Shown: positions 52,705-64,000 of the stretch, one piece after another
Position numbering within the stretch: position 1 is the first letter of the stretch
How the letters are laid out: every line of letters begins with the position of its first letter
NCBI GenBank assembly: GCA_951406725.2
Contig: OX597818.1
Span: forward strand, 10,416,001-10,480,000
Reading direction: 5' to 3'
From: Octopus vulgaris
Taxonomy: Eukaryota
Length of the DNA stretch: 64,000 bases
Position numbers and translations under genes: made by a program
Notes under the pieces: generated by a model
What the model was told of the DNA's origin: nothing
The model's database searches: none
What the model saw: the letters and a program-made list of their open reading frames with translations, nothing else

Positions 52705-53575
52705 TCGCTTTCAATTAAATAAATAATATATGATATATATATTCAGCCGAAATTGCGAAGATGATCTGGTTCTTGACTGATGACTGAGGGCTTCGAATGT
52801 CCCGTCCTGTGGTTCTTGTGTCGTCTCTTTGGTGTTTCATGTTCTTTTCCATGTCTGTATTTATTTTTTACTGTTCACATATATATATATATATATACAA
52901 TATAAATAATATATAAATATATGCATATATACATACATATATGTACATACCTACATATATATGTATATATACATGCATATATGGGTACAGGACGTCAAAA
53001 ACACATGAACAAAATAAGAAATGAGAATAGGAAAACAAAAACATAGAAAACGAACTTTTTTGAACAACGAAAGAAACACATAGAGAAGCGAGACAAGCAG
53101 CATAAAGAACATTCCTTTCATCGGTTGTCCCCTGTTTTATCTACTCCGCGTTTCGAAGGAGTAGATGCATATATGGGTACAGGACGTCACCAACAGTGCA
53201 TATAACATGAAATACGTAAACAAACTAGTTAAATACGTAAACAAACTAGTTAAATAGGTAAACAACGAGAAAAAAATGGAAAGCAGGGCAAGTAAACACA
53301 GAGAAAGGACTCTTCATCAGTTATCGGCTGTCTAACAACTCTTCATTTCGAGCATTCAACGACAATATGAGTCTTCAAAGACAGTTGTTCCCATAAATTC
53401 TAAAATAAAATGTAGGATTTATGGAGGGTCAAAGTTGGGAACAAAACCATGACAGTGGAGACATACAAGGAGACCGAACGAAAACAAGCATGGAGGATCG
53501 TTAGACCAGAACGAGAGGAAAATAGTGAACGATGGGTGAAACATCTTTTTGAAAAGAGAAAAGATACAAGAGAGA
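52705..53575. mobile_element. Cluster of probable PLE terminal-repeat fragments
   Basis: Repeated ATATATGGGTACAGGACGTCA, a hairpin junction at about 53138-53166, and hammerhead half-motifs, all within TA repeats. Confidence 0.45.
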
Positions 53576-53590
53576 GAATATATATTATAT

Positions 53591-53709
<119 letters not shown>

Positions 53710-54049
53710 TCATCTTTTCGGGGTCGATTACAAAAGTACCTGTTGAAAACTAGGCTCACTGTAAGCTATTTACCCCTCCCCCAAAATTGCTGGCCTTTGT
53801 GTCAAAATTTGAAATCAATATTTCATGAGTTAACATGGGAAGTTTAAAGTGGCCTCACATCATACTACTAACAGCAGTCGGATTCTCTCTTCACGCACGC
53901 AACGGTCTTAAAAAGGGAAGGACACCTTGAACAATGTAGTCCAAGAAAGCCAAAACACAAACGTGATGGTCACAGCTGGAATGCCATTCATTATATAGCT
54001 AAACTCGATCAGTGCTTGTCCAGGGCTACAGAAGGAAAAAGAAACAACC

Positions 54050-55860
54050 ACATCACCAGCACCATAGTCCCCAGTACCATCACTAACATCTCTACAACTA
54101 CTCATGATGATGATGATGATGATCATCATCATCATCATCATCATCATCACCACAAATACAATATGATTGGTCTGCCACAGCCATCACCACCACCACACAC
54201 ATCATCACCATAATCTTCCTCATCATCGTTACCTCATCATCATTTTCATCAACACTACCACGACTAACACACACATCATCATCATCATCACCACCACCAC
54301 TACAAACATACATCATCAACATCATTACCACCGCCCCCGCGATCCACACGTTAAATCCACCTCCGCTACTACATCTACCATCATCACCACCATCATTACT
54401 ATCATCGTTACCACAATCACCAATACCATTACCGGCACCATCAACAAACCCATCATCTTCTCCATGACTCTGTCACCATCAGCATAAGCAAGACAATCAT
54501 CAACATCACCGGCAACAGCACCACCACTACCACCACTACCACTGATGCTACCACTGACAACACCATCACCAATACAATCACTATGCGTATCATGACGCAA
54601 CTACCTGCTATGCCACCACCACCACCACAACCATAACTACCACAACCACCACCACCACTACCAGCATCACCACCACAACCACCACCACCACTACCAACAT
54701 CACAACCACAACCACTATCACCACTACCACCATCAACACAACTACCATCTCCACTACCACAACCACCACCACCACTACCACCATCAACACAACTACCATC
54801 TCCACCACCACCACCACCACCACCACCACAACCACCACTACTACAAACACCACTATCACAACCCGCCACAACCACCACAACCACTACCAACACCATCTTA
54901 AACCTCAACCCTTAAATCAATACAAACAATATCCCCCAACACACCACCAATAACAACAACATTTATTCCGATGGTACCAACCGTGGCCACCACCACCGAT
55001 GACAGCAACCATAAAGTCACGGCTGGAATGCCTTGAGGCTGACCTTGGCTAAACAGCAGTGACTACTACTTTGATTAAAATTCTCACCCTAACCAATCAT
55101 TATCGATGACCCAGCGAGGGAGCCTCTACAGGGCTGTTCGAATGCTAGAAGTAGCAGCCACATCACTTTCAAATGACTTCCCATACTTGCTTTTCAAATA
55201 AACAACGAGACGAGACAGTCACTACTGGAACGCCTTTGGTCATAGGTTCGCTTAGTCAGACGGCTGACATGGGACTAAAGATTACTACCAAATGCGCCGC
55301 CACTGATACCACCACCACCACCACCACCACCACCACCACCACCACCACAACCATCTCCACCACCATCACCACCACCAGCATCGCCAACATCGCCATTACT
55401 ACCACCATCACCACTACCACCATCACCACCATCACCACCACTAACATCACCATCTCCACCACTACCACCACTGCCACCACAGCCATCGCCACCACCATCA
55501 TCACCATTACCACTACCACCATCAGCAGCAGCACCACCACCACTATCAATACCACCATCACCACCACTGCCAACACCACTGACACCGTCACCATCACCAC
55601 CATTTCCACAATCATCACTGCCACCACCTCCTACACCATCACCACCACCACCATCACTATTGGCACCACCACCACTATCACTACCACCACCACCATCACC
55701 ATCACTGTCACCGCTAACACCATCACCAACACCAACACCATCATCATCACCACCACCACCATTTCCACTACCATCACTGCGACCACCTCTGCCACCATCA
55801 CCACCATGACCATTACACCCACCGTCATCACCATCATCAATACCGACGCAACATTGAGTA
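54050..55860. repeat. Degenerate (ACC/ATC/ACT)n low-complexity tracts; similar at 30880-31150 and 58180-58620
   Basis: Direct reading. Confidence 0.9.
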
Positions 55861-56610
55861 GAATTATTCAACTGATGGTAAAATCGCGAGCCATCAGAGG
55901 CGGGGCTCTGGCATGACCACTCGATCTGTTAGAAATGACGACCAAATCTCCCTCATATCACATCCTACCTCTTTGTTTTGTTTTGCTTTTTTTTATTGTT
56001 AAGGGCACGTTCGATCATGTAGCTCCGGTTTCTCTTGCCTAGAGAAAAAATGGTGTGGTCATGGCTGGAATGAATTTGATCATAGGTATGGTTAAAGCCA
56101 TACCGATCTGAGGTTCAACAATAACAGCTACGTTATCCGCCATATCACTATATTATTATCCTCTACTCCCAGGACAGTGAAAAAGAAAATATTTTCACTA
56201 CTACCATTGCTATCACGACGATAGCAATTCTCTCTAATGCTGGGATACGTTTTACCATTTCCATATTTCCATACCACCGGCATACATACACACATATCAT
56301 ATCGACACACACACATATATACACACACATACATATACTCACGTAAATATACATAGACACAAATACACAGATATACGTGTAAATAGACGTACATACCATG
56401 GATATAGACACACACATTCATGTATATATATACACACACATAAATATGCTCTCATAGAAACAAGCACGCAGAAATTCTTGCAAACTGGTACATATTTACA
56501 TTTACACTCATACAAACGTGAATACAACACACTCATACACACGGACACACAGAAAACATACACTCAGGCATGCGCACGCATACATTGCCTTCCCCCTCTC
56601 ACTCTCTCTC

Positions 56611-56648
<38 letters not shown>

Positions 56649-57282
56649 GTTCTATCCATCTATCTATTTGTATCTCTATCTGTCAATATCTCCCCTATAT
56701 TGCCATTTCTGTCCGAAGCTACCACATATTTAAACAGTCACCGTTACTCCGCCTCTCTCACTCCCCACCCTCTCTCTCCTCCCTCTCACTCTCCTTCCCC
56801 TCTCTCCTTCCCTTTCTCTCCTTCCCTCCCTTCCTTCCTACATCTCCCTCTCTTACATTGTCATTCCAGTCCCTAACTAACACTCTTCTACCGACCGAAA
56901 ATACCCCGAAAGTGAAAGTAGCCCACCCAATCAATTTCCGTTGTTGTAAACAGCGCATAACTCTACAGCAGCAAGCACCACAGCAGCAAACACTTCAACT
57001 GCACTACAGCAGCTGTACAGCAGCAGTATAGCAGCATCATAGCAGCAGAACAGACAAAATCTCTCGGGCCGACCGGCAAAACACCCATCTATACCAACAT
57101 TAACTGTCATGACAACGACTATAACAAACCGACCAACCAACTCTTTCAATATGGCTACGACTGGTGCGGCAGAAAAAACACCCACTCTTCTTGTTGCGAT
57201 GCATACTACCTAATATAGTTAGGCAGGTGCTAATGGTGTTTTATTTATCCTTTTTCTTCTTTTTTTTAAATATTTTTTGTTT

Positions 57283-57694
57283 TTACTTGTTTCAGCCATT
57301 TGGGGCACCACCATGAAGAATTTTTAGTCGAATGAATCGACCCCCAAAACTTTTTTTGTTTTTAAGCTTGATACTTATTTTATCGGTCTCTTTTTCTGAA
57401 CCGCTAAGTTACGGGGATGTAAACACAGTAACACCGGTTGTCAAGCGGTGTAGTGAGGACAAACACAAGCACAAAAACACGCGTATATATTCTTTTATTC
57501 TTTTATTTGTTTAAGTCATTTGACTGCGGCCATGCTGGAGCACCGCCTTTCGTCGAACAAGTTGACACCCCACGACTTATTCTTTGTAAGCCTAGTACTT
57601 ATTCTATCCGCTAAGTTATAGGGACGTAAACACACCAATATCGGTTGTCAAACGATTGTTGTGGGGGACAAACACAGACATAAAACATACACAC

Positions 57695-57746
<52 letters not shown>

Positions 57747-58070
57747 GTATGTATATATGACGGGCTTCTTTCAGTTTCCATCTACCAAGTCCACTCACAA
57801 GACTTTGGTCCGCCAGAGGCTATAGTAGAAAACACCTGCCCAAGGTGCCACTCAGTGGGACTGAACCAGAACCATGTGGTTGGTAAGCAAGCTACTTACC
57901 ACACATCCACGCCTGCGCCTATATATATATATATATATATATATATACGACGCCCTTCTTTCAGTTTCTGTCTAATAAATCCTCTCAAAAGGCTTTGGTC
58001 GGCTTGACGTTATAGTAGAAGATACTTACCCAAGGTGCCACGCAATGAGACTGAACCCGGAACCATGTGG
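57283..58070 (-). mobile_element. Nested SINE family B copies
   Basis: Two 3' modules followed by two 5' modules, consistent with one copy nested inside another. Confidence 0.8.
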
Positions 58071-59220
58071 ATTACCCCGCAACCTCTGCGCTATCATGGT
58101 TTGGACTGGCAAACCCCGTGTGTTTGTTGTTGAAATGTTTGTCAACTCGGAAAACGCGGGAGGTCTTTATGCTACATTCTGTACTACCACCATCACAACC
58201 ACTAACTACTACCACCATCACCACCATCTCCACTACTAGCTACTACCACTTTCGTCAGCAACATCGTTATCGCTACCATCAACACCTGCAAAACTATGAA
58301 AACCAAAAGCACTACCATTACTACCACCAATACCATCGCCAACAACACCAACAACACCACCACAAGGCAACTATAAGCGATAACCACCACCACCACCATT
58401 ATCACAACCATCACTAACACCAACACAACCACCAAAGCCAACTCCAGCACCATAATCAGTAACACCATAATCACCACCAACATCATCACCACCAACATCA
58501 TCACCACCAACATCATCACCACCAACATCATCACCATTATCCATACGACTAGTATTATCAGTACCATCACTATTACAAATATCACCATCCCAATCACTGT
58601 TTATACCACCATCACAAACGCATACACACGCTCACACGGACACAGTGCATATATAGATACGCGTATACACGCGGTCACACGGACACTCACACACAGACAC
58701 GAACACACACACACACACATACTCTCAGAACGATTGTGATATGCGATGTTTACGTATTTAATAAAACATCATTCTAACTTAATCGAAAGTGAAAATAGAA
58801 AATCAAAATAAGACATAGCAGTAGGAGTGGCAACGTCGCCGCCGTCGCCGTCGTCATAGTCGTGGTGGTGGTGGTGGTGGTGGTGGTGGTGGTAATGATG
58901 GTGGTGGTGGTGGTGGTGGTGGTGGTCGTCGTCGTCGTCGTCGTTGATTTTGTTATCGTGTTAACCATGATCGAGTATACCTATGATCACATCATTTTTC
59001 AGGCATATTGTGTGTCTGAGAGAGTGCGTGTGTGTATGTGTATGTAAGTGTGTATGTCTGCAGGTATGCATGAATGTATATATGCATGTACGTATGTATA
59101 TGTATATACATATATAGATATAAACATAGCTCTGTATGTATATACATATATAGATATACACATATCTCTATGAAATATACATATACATAATAGATATAGA
59201 CATACTATATACTATATACT

Positions 59221-59584
59221 TCCCAACCACATGGTTCCGGGTTCAGTTCCACGGCATAGCACCTTCGGCAAGTGTCTTCTACTGTGTCCTCGGACCCACC
59301 AAGGCCTTGTGAGTGGATTTAGTAGAGGGAAATTGAAAGAAGCCCGTCGTATATATATATGTGTGTGTGTGTGTATGCATGTATTTGTGTGTCTGTGTTT
59401 GTGCCTCCACCATCGCTTGAAAACCGATGTTGGTGTATTTACGTCCCTGTAACTTAGCGATTCGGCAAAAGTGACCGATAGAATAAGTACTAGACTTACA
59501 AAGAATATGTCCTGGGGTCGATTTTTCGGCTAAAGGCAGTGTTCCAGCATGACCGCAATCAAATAATTGAAACAAGTAAAATAG

Positions 59585-59650
<66 letters not shown>

Positions 59651-60010
59651 TGTGTATACATATATATATATATATATATTATTTCCGGGGGAAGCCCTGT
59701 CTCCGAGGTTAGCTTTGAACTTTTCTTTGTAGTTCAACCAGAGTCTTTCTACTCTTCTCCTTCCATCATGGAACTGGTATTATCGTTTACCCATTGCTTA
59801 TTTCCGTCATTTGACTACGGCCATCTTGGAACACCACCTTGGAGGGTTTTAGTCGAACAAATCGACCACAATACTTATTTTTAAACCTAGTACTCATCCT
59901 ATCGATGTCTTATCGGCGATTCGTTGAGTTACAAGAACGTAAACACACCAACACCTGTTGTCAAGCGGTGGTGAGGACATACACAGATACACAGATACAC
60001 AGACACAAAG

Positions 60011-60044
<34 letters not shown>

Positions 60045-60378
60045 GTAGCATACTATTATCGGACCGGAAGTGTAACTACGGTCCTACCGTAGTACTTACA
60101 TAGCCCAACCTGCCATTTTGGGTCTTCTGAATACCAAATCCTCTCATATATACTTATTTATATATATATACATATATATTATATATATACATATATATAT
60201 ATATATACATGACGGGTTTCTTTTTTTTTTTAGTTTCAGTCAACCAGATACACTCACAAGGCTTCGGTCCGTGCGAGACTATGGTTGAAGACACTTGGCC
60301 AAGGTGCTACGCAGTAGGACTGAACTCGGAGCCATGTGGTTGGGAAACAACTTTTTTACCATACAGTCACGCCTGCGC
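59221..60378. mobile_element. SINE family B copies (+ 59221-59585; - 59795-60378)
   Basis: Family motifs in convergent orientation. Confidence 0.82.
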
Positions 60379-60392
60379 CCATGATTAACTGA

Positions 60393-60464
60393 TGCGTCGA
60401 CCGGGTGTCGAACCTGAATCGACTGCTTGGAAGGCAAGTATGCTAACTGTTACACCACCAACAC
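60393..60464 (-). pseudogene. tRNA-Gly(TCC) pseudogene
   Basis: Minus strand GTGTTGGTGGTGTAACAGTTAGCATACTTGCCTTCCAAGCAGTCGATTCAGGTTCGACACCCGGTCGACGCA aligns end to end with eukaryotic tRNA-Gly(TCC), but the D-loop GG is lost and the anticodon and T stems have mismatches. Confidence 0.8.
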
Positions 60465-60606
60465 CTCACACTGGCTAGACATAAGAGCTTTCGAATGCCA
60501 CTACCGTTCATTCTGACCCCACTACTAATTCGTTTCAGTTGGGATTACAAACGAAAAGATTCATTACAACCAATAAAATAATAACAATAATAATATTAAT
60601 TATAAT

Positions 60607-60812
60607 TCTTTCTACTGAAAGCACAAGGTCTCTAATTTGAGGGAAGGGATTGAGCCGTTTACATCGACTCCAGTGCGTAACAGGAGCTTATTTAATCGAC
60701 CTCGAAAGGGTTAAAGTCGACCTCGGCGGAATTTGAACTCAGAAAGTAGCGAAAAACGAAACACCGCTAAGCATTCCATCCGGCGGCTAACGATTCTGCC
60801 AGCTCGCAGCCT
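60607..60812 (-). mobile_element. SINE family A, old tail
   Basis: Family motifs. Confidence 0.85.
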
Positions 60813-60814
60813 TA

Positions 60815-60897
<83 letters not shown>

Positions 60898-60916
60898 CGA
60901 CGACGATGACGATGAC

Positions 60917-60958
<42 letters not shown>

Positions 60959-61320
60959 AGAGCGCAAACCTCCGCCAAGGCAACACTAACGTCCTTTCAA
61001 CGATTAGCTGGAGCTGATTTTTAAAATGAGAATATCTGAAATGAACTCGATTGCTCTCATAAACGAGAATATTAAAAATAAACCCGACCGCTCTCAAAAA
61101 TTAAGTAAAAAAGGAAAAAAAAAAACAAACAAATAATCCAGAAACCTTGTCCGGTACCGAATCGATCCCAAAATCTAATCAGTTTATGCCAGTCACGAGG
61201 CCAAACATCCCTGAAAGTTTCATCCGAATCCATCCAGTGGTTCTTGAGATATCTTGTCCATGGACAAACTAACAAACACGACTGAAACAATACCTCCGCC
61301 TTCACCAAAGCAGAGGTAAT
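60959..61320 (-). mobile_element. Non-autonomous Helentron-type element (HINE/DINE-1-like)
   Basis: One end has the hairpin TACCTCCGC..GCAGAGGTA (61291-61319); the same ACCTCCGCC motif recurs at the other end (60968-60976). The internal AAGATATCTCAAGAACCACTGGATGGATTCGGATGAAA and CCTTGGCGGAGGTTTGCGCTCT end are characteristic of these elements. Confidence 0.7.
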
Positions 61321-61321
61321 G

Positions 61322-61403
<82 letters not shown>

Positions 61404-61464
61404 TGATAATAATAATGATGATAATAATAACGACGACGACGATGATGATGATGATGATGATGAT

Positions 61465-61525
61465 GATTTCTTTTATTGGCCACCAGAGAGAATACTGAGA
61501 GGGACAATACAAAGACAGACATAAA
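61465..61525 (-). mobile_element. Isolated Tx1-type LINE 3' tail inserted at (ATC)n
   Basis: Minus strand ATGTCTGTCTTTGTATTGTCCCTCTC..GGTGGCCAATAAAAGAAATC, homologous to 13441-13495. Confidence 0.7.
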
Positions 61526-61549
61526 GAGTGGCGGTACTTATAACTATAT

Positions 61550-61586
<37 letters not shown>

Positions 61587-61669
61587 AGTTTTGGTCAAGT
61601 CAGTCTCTTGCTACTCTGACTTTCACTTGCGGGGTTACTCAAACTGTGTACATCCACAGGTGGAACTCA

Positions 61670-62030
61670 GGGTAGCAAGAGAATAGGTCAATATTCAAAA
61701 GTCTGCTATCCAGGCTGTATCCACAAACGGCCCGTAGGCATCGCTTATGAAAGACATGAAGCTGATTGTAAGTGATCGAGAGGGAATTGATAGGGGTTCC
61801 AAGTTTCCGATCCGCACAGGTAAGACGAGAGGAATTCAGCTTAGCAGTCATAACTTTGAGTTTCTAATGACATTCGCCATTCATCGCACAGTCGATGACA
61901 AACTTTGCCGAAGCATTTGTAACTTGCATTATATATGGTGACTGTTTCAATATCAAGAGAAGCACTTGTGTTCATTCTGCTCCCCATATATGTGAAGGTC
62001 TTTTTATCTATCAGGTTATTGTCATCGATG
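61670..62030 (-). mobile_element. RTE-clade LINE RT C-terminal remnant
   Basis: KTFTYMGS..SLDIE and LHVFHKRCLRAVCGYS..RLLNIDLF. Confidence 0.6.
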
Positions 62031-62224
62031 GTGATGATGGGAAAGGCAGAGAACTGATGAACTGGCCGCTGTTGTTTTATATTTCTGATTTGCTTGGGAA
62101 CGGGATTTGGCTCATAGACAACATCGCTTTGTGCGTGTGTGTATGCGCACGCGTGTGTGTATGCGCACGCGTGTGTGTGTAGAGAGAGAGAAAGAGAGAG
62201 AGAGACTTGATAGCATGTACCATG

Positions 62225-62531
62225 TTGTTGTTTGTTCCTTCTCGAGCCACGCCTGGCTCATAGGGCCAGTTTCTCGGTTTCTTGGCGTATAGGTTCCCCA
62301 CCTGGACAGGATGCCGATCCGTCGCAGGTGAGCTGCAAGATGCAGGAAGATAGAGTGAGAGAAAGTTGTGGCGAAAAAGTAAGCAGAAGTTCGCCATTAC
62401 CTTCTGCCGGAGCCGCGTGGAGCTTAGGTATTTCGCTCATAAACACACACATCGCCCGGTCTGAGATGTGTGTGTTTATGATCCCTCGACTGCGAGTCCA
62501 CTGCTCTAACCACTAGGCCATCTGCCTCCAC
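62225..62531 (-). mobile_element. SINE family D (tRNA-Arg-like head) with 13-bp TSD
   Basis: TSD AGCATGTACCATG at 62212-62224 and 62532-62544; A box TGGCCTAGTGG; (AAC)n-type tail. Confidence 0.88.
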
Positions 62532-64000
62532 AGCATGTACCATGCTTTCCCCAAATATTTAGGCACCCATATAGTTTGCGAGCAGACACAAATACCCTCA
62601 CAGTCCTCACACCCTTGATCCAGTGGGATAACCGTGACGTGACAGGTGAAAACAGGGTGAGATGCACTAGCATTGGGCTTGTACTTTATTTATCCTTCCT
62701 GAAAGGATGAGAAACGATGTTCACAATGGCAGAATTTGAACTCATAGCACAGTGACTCTTGTGTATCACAACTACTAGGATTAAATCATTAGTTTCAACC
62801 CTTATATTTTTCAGAACTTAACTTTTCTGTTAGATGAGAATATCAAGATGCGTGTTTCGTTTGTTAATGCATACCTTGTCGTCGTCGGTGGAGGTGGCTG
62901 CGGCAGCGGCGGCGACGGTATCAACTCATATGTAAGTAGTTAATCTGTAGCGAGTAACTGGGCTTTTTAATCTTGATGGGTGCGGAGGCTGCCGGTGCCT
63001 GAGGTGGTTGTTCAAGCCAAGGGCGGTTTAAAAGAGCTGAGAGCATTCGTTGCAGGTGAGTGTTGGCAGGGGGCGAGAAAATGTACGTTTATTATATACA
63101 TTTAGCACTGCAGTTGCCTCATTGTATTTTGCGCACAGCGCTTGGGTTTGGTTTTTGGTTTATTTTTGTGTACGTGTGCGCTTTATTTATATCTTTATTT
63201 ATTCATTTCAGTTACAAAATGCTTCCGCTCCCAATTTTGTTTAAAGACGTGACATTCAGAGCCAATTTTCTCCCCTTTTCTTGTGGCCTTATGAATCAGT
63301 CTTCTACATCTATCTTTATCATTTAAAAATTTCCTTTCAAAAATTTATTTTAATTCAGAATAGTAAAGCAGCACGTGTTCTCACAACAATGCATACACAG
63401 AAATATAACTGGTTTCAAATGACAACATTAATTACAGCAAGGATTATATAAAACATGTTGTAGAGAATGTTTTATAGATATTTTCATGTTTATAAAATCA
63501 AATATTTTGATCGTGTGTTGTAGAAAACAGTTTTATTTGCAAACGTGACCTGACGAAAAGTGATTCGGCAATTTCGTTTCTCATTCAGCTTAAACGTGTC
63601 TTGTAATTTGAGATAGCTGAAAATGTGAGTGGACAAAAGGCCAATTCAATTATGTGCAACTTTCAACAATGTCAAGATAGAAAGTATAAGGGCGGACAGC
63701 TGCTCAAACTGCCAAGTGCTGAGTAAAAGAAACATTTTTCAAAAATAGTTTTGCTTTATATAGCCTAAGTGACTGCCAGAGTATAAATTTTTTATTGGTC
63801 CTTATAAAACCAGTGAATTTTTTTTTAAATCACCTGTTGCAAAGTGGGAAGCATTACATAGTTAATGATGTCAAAATTGTTATGTTCCATGTATGACAAA
63901 GCATACAGTGCGGGATTCAAATTATGTAGCGAGAGTGAATAGAGACGACTGTGACTTTAAACTAAATATAGCACTGACTAGTTTCCCAGTTTTCCCTCAC

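Noticed and set aside
55173-55916. 247-aa Thr-rich mucin-like ORF
   Set aside because: It lies in a degenerate ACC/ATC tract open on both strands, and its ends fall within repeat family C copies.
60393-60464. Functional tRNA-Gly gene
   Set aside because: The D-loop GG is lost and the anticodon and T stems contain mismatches.

Overview
AT-rich, microsatellite-saturated eukaryotic DNA with no host protein-coding gene that I can support; almost all ORF-track hits are translations of simple repeats. The repeat landscape resembles a cephalopod (Octopus-like) intronic or intergenic region; this is inferred from repeat style only. The window contains: (1) decayed retrotransposons, namely R4/Dong-like 3' ends nested in (TAA)n, a near-full-length Tx1/L1-clade LINE at about 18.8-23.2 kb, other Tx1, HERO-like, CR1/L2 and RTE fragments, and Penelope-like (PLE) RT remnants; (2) three Tc1/mariner-superfamily elements and a MITE, hAT and pogo remnants, and a Helentron-type element; (3) a tRNA-Gly(TCC) pseudogene; (4) dozens of copies of several SINE-like families. 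Two signals stand out. First, a tRNA-type SINE whose young tail matches the 3' end of Tx1-clade LINEs in this window is repeatedly joined at one fixed internal position of its own family (6 identical junctions at 3 loci), building 184-bp tandem arrays. Second, two long fold-back elements each carry a type I hammerhead ribozyme motif on both strands, one with a canonical core and one with a compensatory G3:C8 core. Coordinates of decayed elements are approximate.
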